Source: Bacteroidales bacterium (GTDB taxonomy: Bacteria > Bacteroidota > Bacteroidia > Bacteroidales > ML635J-15). Taken from it: DNA of 64,000 bases. How positions within the stretch are numbered: position 1 is the first letter of the stretch; every line of letters starts with the position of its first letter. Below are positions 47,668 through 57,913 of the stretch, in pieces. A program made the translations under genes and the position numbers. The notes under the pieces were generated by a model, which saw only the letters and a list, made by a program, of their open reading frames with translations, did not search any database and was not told the origin of the DNA. The stretch is from contig DAOQYW010000010.1 in assembly GCA_035343375.1 (NCBI GenBank), positions 2,236 through 66,235 on the forward strand. Reading direction: 5' to 3'.

Positions 47668-48477
47668 ATGAAAAAAATAATAAAATTTTTATCTTCTTTA
47701 AAACTGACTGCAATACTTGTAATACTGCTTGTCGCTATTATGCTTACAGGAGGCTTTTTAACCCGCTGGGACAGCATTTATTACGGTTTCAAAGAAATGA
47801 ATAATCTAATAACACTTGATTGGTTTTTAAATCACCAGTCACACAACACTGCTATTTTAATCTGGTTTGTTGTTCTTTGTGCAACAGCCGTTTTGTTTGG
47901 GATAAATATGGTGCTTTGTTCTTTTGACAATCTTCTGAGAGTATCCATAAAAAGGAAAAATTTAAAAAATATTACATTATTTGTTGTTCACATTGTTTTT
48001 GTTATTATCCTTTCGATGCACGCTCTGGTTTTGGTTATTGGATACAAGCAAGGTGGAATTGTCCTAACTGAGAATGAAACATATAAGTTGAAAGATGGTT
48101 ATGAATTAAAACTTGAAGAGATCAAATTCATTGATAATAAAGCTTTGCTGAAAGGAGACAAAAAATCGCACCGTTTGGAAATGACTCTGGATTCGTTCCA
48201 TTATAAAGAAAATTATGCAAAACTCACTTTGTACAAGGATAATAAAGAAATAGTTAGAGGGGAAGCTTATATTTTTCAACCCATTTTTGGAGAAGGCTTT
48301 CAGATAACACTGGACAAATTTATCATGGATAAAAAAACCAAACAGCCTGCAGTTATTATTACTGTAGGGAAAAATCCTCTGACATGGATTTTCTTTGTTT
48401 TTTACGGTTTGGGAATAATCACTATGCTGGCATATCTGGTAGTGAGATGGAAGTTTCAAATAACAAGATCCAAATAA
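47668..48477 (+). CDS. ResB/Ccs1-like membrane protein, truncated form
   Basis: The N-terminus FLSSLKLTAILVILLVAIMLTGGFL, then WF...AVLFGINMVLCSF, match the ResB N-terminal architecture. The protein is only 269 aa. Its start abuts the upstream stop (TAAATG). Confidence 0.5.
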   Translation: MKKIIKFLSSLKLTAILVILLVAIMLTGGFLTRWDSIYYGFKEMNNLITLDWFLNHQSHNTAILIWFVVLCATAVLFGINMVLCSFDNLLRVSIKRKNLKNITLFVVHIVFVIILSMHALVLVIGYKQGGIVLTENETYKLKDGYELKLEEIKFIDNKALLKGDKKSHRLEMTLDSFHYKENYAKLTLYKDNKEIVRGEAYIFQPIFGEGFQITLDKFIMDKKTKQPAVIITVGKNPLTWIFFVFYGLGIITMLAYLVVRWKFQITRSK

Positions 48478-48537
48478 CAAGACCCAAATACTAGTTGGCT
48501 CGCCGGACTCAGAATTTTGAACCACCTAAATATTTGC

Positions 48538-49173
48538 TTAAATTCTCGGTCTCCTGGGTTTGACTTTTATAATTTTCATCTTATTGGGATTTTCCTGCAT
48601 CTGCTTATCTATTTGAGGCTTTTTAATTTCAGGCTTTCTTAATTGAGTTTTTTTCAATTCAGGCTTCTTTAAAATTAGTTTCGATAACTTTTTTTCTTCT
48701 GTTTTATCCTCAAAATCGCCTTTATAATTTTTCTGCATCCCGTTAAGGAAGTTTCTCATTATTTGATCATGACAAATTCTGTATTTTTCGTTATCAGGTT
48801 TGCGAAAAAATGCACTTAACTCATGCTTGCTGATAGGATATTCAACAGATTCTAGCATTTGAAGAATATCTTCGTCCTTAAGGTTTAATGCAATTTTTAA
48901 TTTACGCAGTATAATGTTGTTGGTTAATCGCTTTTCAGGAATAGGTTGCCCACCTTCTTTTTTACCACGTTTAAAAATGATAAAACCATTTAAGAAAGTT
49001 GCAAACTGGAAATCAGTTATTTTGCAATATCCTTCAGTTTCTTCTTTCTTTAACCATGAACTGATTTCTGTTCTGCTTACAGTCATTTCACCAAGCGAAA
49101 ATGTCTTTATCATCATATCATCACTTAAATCAAAAGTAAATCGTAAGCGGCGTAAAATGTCGTTGTTGGTCAT
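48538..49173 (-). CDS. DUF1456 (YehS-like) protein with Lys/Pro-rich C-terminal tail
   Basis: There are two NDILRRLR/NNIILRKLK-type DUF1456 repeats. The tail reads KKPELKKTQLRKPEIKKPQIDK. Confidence 0.6.
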   Translation of the reverse strand: MTNNDILRRLRFTFDLSDDMMIKTFSLGEMTVSRTEISSWLKKEETEGYCKITDFQFATFLNGFIIFKRGKKEGGQPIPEKRLTNNIILRKLKIALNLKDEDILQMLESVEYPISKHELSAFFRKPDNEKYRICHDQIMRNFLNGMQKNYKGDFEDKTEEKKLSKLILKKPELKKTQLRKPEIKKPQIDKQMQENPNKMKIIKVKPRRPRI

Positions 49174-49252
49174 TTGCTAAAATTTGATTTAACAAAGTTA
49201 AGAAAAATAATTAAAGCATTTGTTTACTCTACCTTATTATAAATTAAATCAT

Positions 49253-50563
49253 TTATCGTGATTTTCGAGTTAAAAACTTTTGTTTGGTGTATCCGGATTG
49301 AGTTGTTGTATTTGCTGTTTTTTGCTTTTGCTGATTACTGTTTTGAGTTGCAACTTTTTGTTTCCCTTGTTCCTGATTATTCCTTCGGGGAGGTCTTTGC
49401 TGCTTGGGAACCTTAACAGGATTATGGTCAATTAAAGGAAATGGATGATTATCAATTATCTTAATTTTTTTTGCAATAAGTTTTTCTACATCGCGCAAAT
49501 ATTGTTTTTCTTCTGCATCACATAATGATATTGCTGTTCCTTTTGCTCCTGCACGTCCAGTCCTGCCTATCCGGTGAACATAAGTTTCGGCAATATTTGA
49601 CATCTCGAAGTTAATTACATATTCCAAATCGTCAACGTCAATTCCTCGTGCTGCTATATCTGTTGCAACTAGAACACGGGTTGTTTGTGCTTTAAAATTT
49701 GACAGTGCTCTTTGTCGTGCATTCTGTGCCTTATTCCCGTGAATTGCCTCTGCCTTGATATCGTTTTTAATTAAAACTTTAACAACCTTATCGGCACCAT
49801 GTTTAGTTCTGGTAAATACAAGTGCAGTTTTGATATTCCTGTCTTTCAGAATTTCCAATAATAAAGAATTCTTATTGCCTTTGTCAACAAAATAAACATA
49901 TTGATTGACAATGTCAACGGTTGACGATATTGGTGTTACAGCAACTTTTTCAGGTTTGTACAAGATTGTATCAGCAAGTTTTACTATTTCAGGGGGCATA
50001 GTTGCCGAAAAGAATAATGTTTGACGTTTACGCGGCAAAAGTGCAATTATTTTCTTAACATCGTGAATAAAACCCATATCTAACATACGGTCTGCTTCGT
50101 CTAGAACAAATATTCCAACATCTGACAAACTTATAAAACCCTGACTTATTAGGTCAAGTAAACGACCAGGTGTAGCAATAAGTACATCAATTCCATTACG
50201 TAGTGCATTTGTTTGAGGGTTTTGATTTACTCCTCCAAAAACTACTGTATTTGTTATGCCTGTATGTCTTCCATAAGAATTAAAACTTTCACCTATTTGA
50301 ATAGCCAGTTCACGTGTAGGAGTAAGAATAAGACTTCTGATTTTTCGTTTTCGTTCGTTTGTTTGTGTTGAACGTAAAATTTGTAAAATTGGAATTGCAA
50401 ATGCTGCTGTTTTACCGGTACCGGTTTGTGCACAGCCTAAGAGATCTGTTCCGCTTAAAACTATTGGTATTGACTGCTCCTGAATTGGAGTGGGAGTGAT
50501 GTAACCTTCTTCTTCTACTGCTTTTAATATAGGTTCAATTATGTTGAGTGATCTGAATTGCAT
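49253..50563 (-). CDS. DEAD-box ATP-dependent RNA helicase (RhlE-like)
   Basis: A Q motif region is present, with [17 protein letters not shown] and [10 protein letters not shown], and a basic C-terminal tail. I moved the start to Met14 (MQFRSLNI). Confidence 0.9.
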   Translation of the reverse strand: MQFRSLNIIEPILKAVEEEGYITPTPIQEQSIPIVLSGTDLLGCAQTGTGKTAAFAIPILQILRSTQTNERKRKIRSLILTPTRELAIQIGESFNSYGRHTGITNTVVFGGVNQNPQTNALRNGIDVLIATPGRLLDLISQGFISLSDVGIFVLDEADRMLDMGFIHDVKKIIALLPRKRQTLFFSATMPPEIVKLADTILYKPEKVAVTPISSTVDIVNQYVYFVDKGNKNSLLLEILKDRNIKTALVFTRTKHGADKVVKVLIKNDIKAEAIHGNKAQNARQRALSNFKAQTTRVLVATDIAARGIDVDDLEYVINFEMSNIAETYVHRIGRTGRAGAKGTAISLCDAEEKQYLRDVEKLIAKKIKIIDNHPFPLIDHNPVKVPKQQRPPRRNNQEQGKQKVATQNSNQQKQKTANTTTQSGYTKQKFLTRKSR

Positions 50564-50712
50564 AAATAAATTGGGAAATTCTTTTATCTGATTGACAAAC
50601 AAAGCCGGTCAGGAAATTTCGATACAAAAATAAGCTTTTTTCCCGGGTTATCAAAACGAACAAGCAGACATAAAGCCACAAGAAAATTTAAAAGGTATTA
50701 TTAGTCTGATTA

Positions 50713-51510
50713 TTAGGCAGTTGGATGTTGCTCGAAAATATTTTTCATAAATCTGTAAAGTTCAGGATGCTTGAGTTTTAATTCATCAGGTCTTTCAAAA
50801 AAATATTCGCAACTGACAGAAAAGAACTCAGCAGCATTTTTTGTTGCATAGGGATGTATATCGGATTTCCCGTCTTTAATTTTCCGAATTTCTTTGTTCA
50901 TAATAAACATCCAGGGAATAAGAAATTTCTTGTCAAGCAAGGCTTTGGGAATTCCATCAACTTCGCCGTCTTCCTTATCAATCAGATGAATAAATTCGTG
51001 AATACATGTATTGCGGGCATCAGAAAAATCATCAAATCCTTCATACAAGGCGGTACGTGAAATCAATAACTTCCCTTCCAAAAATCCGAATCCAACCAAA
51101 CCACGAAAGAATCTGTCAGGACCGGTAGTCTCAAATTCTTCGTTGAAATTGTCGGGATAAATAATAACTTCATTTAGAACCGAATATTCCCATTCTGGAT
51201 AAGAAAATACCGGAATAATTGCTGAAGCAGCAACCAAAACCCTGTCTTTTTCAGTAACTGTGGTATCAACTCCCGTAAATTTACAAGTTGCCAGAAATCT
51301 TTCTACTGATGACTCAAAAAGTCTTTTGTTTTTTTCGGTAAGAATAATGTAATATTTTACGTCCGAATTAAGAATTATTCTTCGGTTGTCCGGCATTTTT
51401 TTTAGATTGAGTTGCCGGTAAATTCCCTTACCATAAACAACAATAAAACCAACTATTGTAACAGGGACAAGCAAAATTAAAAAATAAACTAATGTGTTTA
51501 GTGTTTCCAT
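50713..51510 (-). CDS. M90 (MtfA-like) zinc metallopeptidase with N-terminal TM segment
   Basis: The HExxH motif lies in CIHEFIHLIDKEDGEVDG, and the C-terminus reads AEFFSVSCEYFFERP. Confidence 0.65.
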   Translation of the reverse strand: METLNTLVYFLILLVPVTIVGFIVVYGKGIYRQLNLKKMPDNRRIILNSDVKYYIILTEKNKRLFESSVERFLATCKFTGVDTTVTEKDRVLVAASAIIPVFSYPEWEYSVLNEVIIYPDNFNEEFETTGPDRFFRGLVGFGFLEGKLLISRTALYEGFDDFSDARNTCIHEFIHLIDKEDGEVDGIPKALLDKKFLIPWMFIMNKEIRKIKDGKSDIHPYATKNAAEFFSVSCEYFFERPDELKLKHPELYRFMKNIFEQHPTA

Positions 51511-51579
51511 TATTTCGATGATATTCGATTAGAACAAAGATAGTTTTTTTTTATATATTCGCAGTCTGTAGTTATAATT

Positions 51580-52359
51580 ATGAAGTTTGAAGCAAAATAT
51601 ATTTTTCTTTATCTTTTTGCAGCGTTAGCATTACTGTTCATCGTAGTTCCTGTAATAAATATGTTTTTTGCCACTGATCTTGATATCTTTTTTCAAACAG
51701 CACGTGATTCTGAAGTAAAGAAAAGCATTTTTTTGACTTTGTGGGTTTCTCTTGCAGCAACTATTTTGTGTGCAGCATTTGCGGTTCCTTTGGCTTATGT
51801 TATCGCAAAGAAATCTTTCCGATTTAAAACCTTGTTGCTAGGGATTATAAATATTCCTATAGTTATTCCTCATTCGGCTGCAGGTATTGCTGTGTTAGGG
51901 TTGGTGAGTCGTGATACTGTAATTGGTAAAATGGCAGGCTCTGTTGGATTGAGTTTTATTGATAGTCCGCTTGGAATAGGTGTTGCCATGGCTTATGTGA
52001 GTTTGCCGTTTTTAATTATTTCTGCAATAAATGGATTTTCGGAAGTGCCCGAAAAGCTTGAAAATGCTGCACAAAATCTGGGAGCGTCACGTTGGCAGAC
52101 GTTTTTTAAAATATCATTACCATTAGCAAAACAATCGGTTTTTTCGGGTTTGATTTTAATGTTTTCGAGAGGAATCAGTGAATTCGGTGCTGTGATTATG
52201 CTTGCATATTTCCCGACAATAACACCAATTCTGATATATGATAGATTTACTTCATTCGGACTGACCTATGCAAGACCTGTAGCCGTTATTTTTGTTTTAA
52301 TTTGTCTGACGGTTTTTCTGTTTTTCTATTTGCTCACTAATAAAAAACGTAGGGATTGA
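51580..52359 (+). CDS. wtpB: Tungstate/molybdate ABC transporter permease (WtpB/ModB-like)
   Basis: It has six TM segments, and the EAA loop reads ENAAQNLGASRWQTFFKISLPLAK. It overlaps the ATPase gene by 4 nt. Confidence 0.7.
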   Translation: MKFEAKYIFLYLFAALALLFIVVPVINMFFATDLDIFFQTARDSEVKKSIFLTLWVSLAATILCAAFAVPLAYVIAKKSFRFKTLLLGIINIPIVIPHSAAGIAVLGLVSRDTVIGKMAGSVGLSFIDSPLGIGVAMAYVSLPFLIISAINGFSEVPEKLENAAQNLGASRWQTFFKISLPLAKQSVFSGLILMFSRGISEFGAVIMLAYFPTITPILIYDRFTSFGLTYARPVAVIFVLICLTVFLFFYLLTNKKRRD

Positions 52360-53426
52360 TGATTGAACTAAAGAATATACGCAGAAAATTCAAGGATTTT
52401 GAGTTATCAGATATCTCTCTGAATATTTCAAAAGGGGAATATCATGTTTTAGTAGGTCCTTCAGGAGCAGGAAAGACTTTGCTATTGAATTTAATTGCAG
52501 GTTTTGTTAAACCAGATTCAGGTCGTATAATTCTTAATAATTCAGATATTACCGATTTATTGCCTCAAAATAGAAATGTTTCATATCTATTTCAGGATCT
52601 TGCTCTATTTCCACATTTGAGTGTAGAAGAAAATGTAGCTTTCTCGCTTAAAATTAAAAAGATGAAAAAGCAAGATGTCTCTGCTCAGGTTAAAAAATAT
52701 TTAGAGTTTACCGATGTTCTACATTTAAAAGACAGAAGTATATCTAAACTATCGGGAGGCGAAAAACAAAGAGTAGCGTTGGCACGGAATCTCATCACCG
52801 AATCGGGAATCTTGATGTTAGATGAGCCTTTTTCAGCAATAGATACTCAATTAAAATTGTCTCTAAAAAAGTTGTTAAAGAAAATTTCGGATTATGGAGT
52901 TACAATAATTCATGTAACACACAATCCCGAAGAAGCAATAAGTTTAGCTCATAAAATTACCGTAGTCGAAAATGGTAAAATAATTAGCAGCGGAACTTAT
53001 AAAGAAGTTTTTTCAAAACCATTGAATATGTTTATTGCAGGGTTTAGCGGTTATAAAAACTTTTTCAAAGTAAATAGTGTTTTTAGAGAGGGCGACTCTC
53101 TGTTTGTAGATGTAGTGATAGAAAATAGTACTGATAACTCGGTAAGATTTGAAATTCCAAACAAACCGGATACTGATTTAAATTCAATAATTATTGACAG
53201 TTCTAATATTGTATTATCTGATAATAAACTGATAAGCAGTGCTAGAAATAGTTATGAAGGAATAGTAGAAAGTGTTTTTCGGATTGATTCTGCATATGAT
53301 GTCGAAATGAATATTGGAATTCCGGTTTGGGTAAAGCTTACAGAAAGCTCTTTCAACGAGCTAGGTATAGAAAAAGGTAAAAGAATGTGGATAAGTTTTA
53401 AGGCCTCTGCTGTGTCAGTTTTTTAG
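52356..53426 (+). CDS. wtpC: Tungstate/molybdate ABC transporter ATPase with C-terminal TOBE/Mop-like domain (WtpC/ModC-like)
   Basis: Walker A is GPSGAGKT, the signature is LSGGEKQRVALAR, and Walker B is LMLDEPFSAID. A C-terminal extension of about 120 aa is present. Confidence 0.75.
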   Translation: MMIELKNIRRKFKDFELSDISLNISKGEYHVLVGPSGAGKTLLLNLIAGFVKPDSGRIILNNSDITDLLPQNRNVSYLFQDLALFPHLSVEENVAFSLKIKKMKKQDVSAQVKKYLEFTDVLHLKDRSISKLSGGEKQRVALARNLITESGILMLDEPFSAIDTQLKLSLKKLLKKISDYGVTIIHVTHNPEEAISLAHKITVVENGKIISSGTYKEVFSKPLNMFIAGFSGYKNFFKVNSVFREGDSLFVDVVIENSTDNSVRFEIPNKPDTDLNSIIIDSSNIVLSDNKLISSARNSYEGIVESVFRIDSAYDVEMNIGIPVWVKLTESSFNELGIEKGKRMWISFKASAVSVF

Positions 53427-53488
53427 TATATTAGGAGTTCTATTTCTTATGAAAAATAATGCCTGTTTATATTTGTAATAAACCGTAA

Positions 53489-56032
53489 ATGATTTTTAGT
53501 TTTAGATATATTTTTATTAGTTTTTTATTTGCGATAGCATTTTCATTTAACATTAATGCACAGAAATTGTGTATAAACGAAATAATGTCTTCAAATAAGA
53601 CGACATTATTTGATTTGGAAGGAGATACGCCTGATTGGATTGAGTTGTATAATTACGGTACAGACACAATTTGTTTAAGGAATTATTTTTTATCAGACAA
53701 TAATGACGATTTAAAAAAGTGGAGATTTCCGGAGAAAAGCATTTATCCCGGTGAATACAAGATTGTGTACGCCTCGGGAAAAGATATAACTACAAATTCT
53801 GAAATTCATACTAATTTTTCTATTGATTCTGAAGGCGAAGAGATATTACTCAGCGATAGTGCAGGAATAATAATTCAACGATTTCTTCCGATTAAACTGT
53901 CTGAGAATATCTCCTTTGGCTCAAAACCTGATGCTTGTTATGATATGGTATATTTTGATCAACCAAGTCCAGGCTTCTCAAATGATACTTGTTTAAGCCA
54001 TCTGAAATTGACAAATGTAGAGTTTTCGGTTAAAGGTGGTTTTTATGCTGATGGTTTCGAATTGTTTTTAAATCATCAGGATTCTGAAGCCACAATTATA
54101 TTTACCACAGATGGTTCAGAACCTACTTTAGACAATATCCCATATAAAGAATATAAATATAAAAATTCGTATCCGCTTGAAGCCGCGGCATTGCCTTATG
54201 AATTCATGACAGATACGATTTTCACTTATTATTATCAAACTTCTATCAGAATACCTGTTTTAAATATTGAACCATTTGCAAATTCATTTAAGTCAAGTTC
54301 AGTTTTTGAAAATACAGTAACAGAGTTCCCATTATTCGGAGCATATAGTATAAGAGCAAAAGCAATAAAAGATGGTATGGAAGAAAGCGATTGTAAAACT
54401 TATACATATTTTATTAAAGATGATGCAATAAATATAATTCATGATTTGCCAATAGTTTCAATTAACTGTCGAAGCGATGATTTGTTTGACTATTATAGGG
54501 GGATTTATACTGCTGGAGTTGATTTTGACAACTGGAGATTGCAGAATCCATACGAAGAAGTTGTATGGCCGGTTCACGGTAATTTTAAAAGAAAAGGAAA
54601 GGAAAACGAAATTAAAGTAAATATAGAATATTTTGATAAACAGAACGATACAGCTTCGATAAATACATTGTGCGGACTAAGAATAAATGGAGGTGAAACA
54701 AGATCATTTCCAATGAAAGCATTAAGGTTATGCCCTGATCTTAAATATGGTTGTGACAGATTGAATTACAAGTTTTTTAACGAAATTAATGATACCTCAT
54801 TTCAAGATATTGTACTTCGAAATTCGGGTAATGATTTTACTACACTTTTTTGGGAACCATCAAGTAATTCACGAACAATGTTGAGAGATGCGTACATTCA
54901 ATATATTTGTCAAAATATGAATGTTGAAACTCTGGCTTATCAACCTGTAATTGTTTTTATAAACGGAGAGTTCTGGGGTTTACATAATATGAGAGAAAAA
55001 TACGATAAAGAGTATTTTAAAAGAGTATATAATATTGATTATGATGAATTGGAATTTCTATCCGATAATGCAAGTATTATTGAAGGTGGTAATTGGCATT
55101 ACAACAATCTGATAAATTATATCTCAGTTCGTGGCTCAGTTTCGGAAGAGAGCTATTTGCATATTACGAGTCAAATGGATATTGTAAGTTTCATTGATTA
55201 TATGATTGCTGAGATATTTGTTCATAACACAGATTGGCCTGTAAACAACTCGCTGTTTTGGAGAAAGAAAACATATAGTTACGAATCTGAAGCTGAATTT
55301 GCACATGACGGAAGATGGAGGTGGGCATTGACAGATATGGATTTAGGGTTCGGGTTACATGATTTTGCACCTGATTATCAGCAGAATACGATAGAGTACT
55401 TATTAAACCCTGAATCGCCTGTTAATACAAATAGTTCTTGGTCTGTATTCTTATTTTCAAGTTTATTGGAGAACAATGAGTTTAAAGCATTGTTTCTGCA
55501 GAGGTTTGAATTCCATTTACAAAACACATTTAATCCTTCAGTTACTGTTCCGGCACTTGACAGCCTGGCCTCAAAAATACAAAATGTTATGCCATATCAT
55601 TTACAAAGATGGTCAGATGAAAATTATTATTTGTCGGATTGGTACGATGCAATAAAACAAATGAAGATGTTTGCAATAGAGCGACCATGCGAATTGAGGG
55701 AAATGTTGAAGGAATATTTCCATATTGATGATGTCAATTATGCTTATGGAGTATGCGAGAATGATATTGTCAAATCAGATGATTATTGTGCATGCTTAAA
55801 TTTGTATCCAAATCCTGTTGAAGACAAACTTAAAATTAAATTTCCGGATACACGTTATTATGCTTCAGATATAAGGATTTTCGAAATCACAGGTAAAGCG
55901 GTTACTGCATATGCTGTTTATATTTTTGATTCAGATGTTGAAATTAATGTAGAGAATCTTAGTAGTGGACTATATTGTATCTATATTGTTAATGGGGATG
56001 AAACTTGTATGATGAAGTTTTATAAATACTAA
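53489..56032 (+). CDS. CotH kinase-family protein with N-terminal lamin-tail domain and T9SS C-terminal sorting domain
   Basis: The LTD reads INEIMSSNKTTLFDLEGDTPDWIELYN. The CotH-like core carries LRNSGNDF and FWGLHNMREKYDK. The C-terminal tail reads LYPNPVEDKLKIKF. Confidence 0.65.
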   Translation: MIFSFRYIFISFLFAIAFSFNINAQKLCINEIMSSNKTTLFDLEGDTPDWIELYNYGTDTICLRNYFLSDNNDDLKKWRFPEKSIYPGEYKIVYASGKDITTNSEIHTNFSIDSEGEEILLSDSAGIIIQRFLPIKLSENISFGSKPDACYDMVYFDQPSPGFSNDTCLSHLKLTNVEFSVKGGFYADGFELFLNHQDSEATIIFTTDGSEPTLDNIPYKEYKYKNSYPLEAAALPYEFMTDTIFTYYYQTSIRIPVLNIEPFANSFKSSSVFENTVTEFPLFGAYSIRAKAIKDGMEESDCKTYTYFIKDDAINIIHDLPIVSINCRSDDLFDYYRGIYTAGVDFDNWRLQNPYEEVVWPVHGNFKRKGKENEIKVNIEYFDKQNDTASINTLCGLRINGGETRSFPMKALRLCPDLKYGCDRLNYKFFNEINDTSFQDIVLRNSGNDFTTLFWEPSSNSRTMLRDAYIQYICQNMNVETLAYQPVIVFINGEFWGLHNMREKYDKEYFKRVYNIDYDELEFLSDNASIIEGGNWHYNNLINYISVRGSVSEESYLHITSQMDIVSFIDYMIAEIFVHNTDWPVNNSLFWRKKTYSYESEAEFAHDGRWRWALTDMDLGFGLHDFAPDYQQNTIEYLLNPESPVNTNSSWSVFLFSSLLENNEFKALFLQRFEFHLQNTFNPSVTVPALDSLASKIQNVMPYHLQRWSDENYYLSDWYDAIKQMKMFAIERPCELREMLKEYFHIDDVNYAYGVCENDIVKSDDYCACLNLYPNPVEDKLKIKFPDTRYYASDIRIFEITGKAVTAYAVYIFDSDVEINVENLSSGLYCIYIVNGDETCMMKFYKY

Positions 56033-56372
56033 CTATTTGCAAGTATTCTTAAACAAGATTAATAAAATTTCGCTAGGTTTTTGTTAGAATTAGTCAGAGT
56101 TACTAAAATTTGTTTTACTCAATAGCTTTATTAATTAGTACATTTCGGTTTAATTAAAAACATAAAAATTTGACATTTCCCTTGATTGTATTTATTAAAC
56201 ATGATTAGTCAAATACCTGTACATAATATTTCAATACGTATTATTTAAATTATTTGTGTTTGTAAAATATTTTCATTAGAATTGTACTAAGATTAGAAAA
56301 GTATTTCAAATTTCGTTTGTACTAATAGTCAATATACAATCGTCAGAATTAGTTTTCTAATTATTTCAGACC

Positions 56373-57806
56373 ATGATTATGAGTGTTAGAGTTTTATTTA
56401 TTGGAGAATATCGGTATTTCGAGTCACTAAGTGTATTAAGTTTGGCTTCATTTATTGAGAGTAATGGACATGAGTGTCTGTATCTTGATATGAAACTCGA
56501 AAGAAATATGAATAGGGAAATTGCGAGATTTAAACCGGATATAATTGCCTATTCAGTTACTACCGGACGGCACAAAATGTATAGAGATTTAAATTCTCTA
56601 CTAAAAATGGAATTTAACTTTATTTCAGTGTTTGGTGGGCCACATTGCACTTTCTATCCAGATTTTATAAATGAAAATGGTGTTGACGTTATATGTGTTG
56701 GAGAAGGAGAATATGCCTTACTCGAATTAGCTGATTGTGTTGCGAAAAATAAGAGTTTTAGTGACATAAGTAATTTGTGGGTCAAGACAGATGAGGGGAT
56801 AATTAAAAATGAACTACGACCTTTAATAGATGATATTAACAGTCTTCCACCTCCTAATCGTAGTTTACTTGATAAGTACCCGGCATACAAGAATAAAAAA
56901 CAAAAATCTTTTATGACAGGACGTGGTTGTCCATATAAATGTACATATTGCTTTAACCATGTTTACAATAAAATGTACGAAGGTAAAGGTTCTATAATCA
57001 GAAAGAGATCAGTAAGTAGTATTATTGATGAAATATCAAAGGTTAAAGCTAAATATAAAATTGAAAGAATATTTTTTTATGATGATATTTTTACTTTTGA
57101 TAAAGAATGGCTCAAAGAGTTTTGTGAACGCTATAAAAATATTAATATCTCTTTCACAGTAGGTCTCCGCGTAAACAATACTGACGAAGAAATTGTAAGT
57201 AATTTAAAAAGTGCAGGTTGCAAGAGGGTATTATTCGGAATAGAATGTGGTAATGAAAAACTGCGGAATAATATTTTAAAAAGACACATAACTGATGAAC
57301 AGATAATTGTATTTACGCAATTATTACGTAAATACAAAATTTTTCCTGCTAGTTTTAATATGATCGGACTACCTGACGAAACTATCGAAAATGTTTTTGA
57401 AACTATACAGCTAAATATAAAAGCAGGTGTGAAATTTTCATACTGTACAGTTTATCAACCCTATCCAAAGACTGAACTTGCAGAATACTGTGTCTTGAAA
57501 GGATATTATAACGGATCTGTAGAGGATATTCCTAGTTCATATAATATGGGAGGATCTCCCTTAAAAACACCTGATATAGAACAAATTATCAGACTTCAAA
57601 GCTTTTTTTCTATGTGCATTACTTTCCCTTTCTTGATCCCTCTGGTTAAAAAACTTATAAAACTCAAATTAAATAAGTTTTATATCTTCCTATTTATGAT
57701 TTACAGAGGTTTTATGAATGTTTTTTTTATGAAAGACCTTAGTCTGGGAGAAGTCATTAAGGATATCATAGCAACTAAGAAACATCCGAGGAAAATATAT
57801 TATTAA
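56373..57806 (+). CDS. B12-binding-domain radical SAM protein
   Basis: The N-terminal domain is Rossmann-like and B12-binding-type (PDIIAYSV, GGPHCTF). The radical SAM motif is GCPYKCTYC. A hydrophobic C-terminal segment is present. Confidence 0.7.
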   Translation: MIMSVRVLFIGEYRYFESLSVLSLASFIESNGHECLYLDMKLERNMNREIARFKPDIIAYSVTTGRHKMYRDLNSLLKMEFNFISVFGGPHCTFYPDFINENGVDVICVGEGEYALLELADCVAKNKSFSDISNLWVKTDEGIIKNELRPLIDDINSLPPPNRSLLDKYPAYKNKKQKSFMTGRGCPYKCTYCFNHVYNKMYEGKGSIIRKRSVSSIIDEISKVKAKYKIERIFFYDDIFTFDKEWLKEFCERYKNINISFTVGLRVNNTDEEIVSNLKSAGCKRVLFGIECGNEKLRNNILKRHITDEQIIVFTQLLRKYKIFPASFNMIGLPDETIENVFETIQLNIKAGVKFSYCTVYQPYPKTELAEYCVLKGYYNGSVEDIPSSYNMGGSPLKTPDIEQIIRLQSFFSMCITFPFLIPLVKKLIKLKLNKFYIFLFMIYRGFMNVFFMKDLSLGEVIKDIIATKKHPRKIYY

Positions 57807-57913
57807 TGAAAAAAAATATATCAGAAAATAGCGAATTCTTTTTAGATTTAAGCAATATAGGAAGTTTGTTGTTTGTTTTTACTTTTGCTATTACATAATT
57901 AAATCTAGTTTAT

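Noticed and set aside
31388-53426. Transposase, integrase or IS ends that would explain the insertions at the fdhD, moaA-moaC and wtpA-wtpB junctions.
   Set aside because: No ORF in or near these junctions shows DDE, tyrosine or serine recombinase motifs. No long terminal inverted repeats were seen, so no mobile element is annotated.
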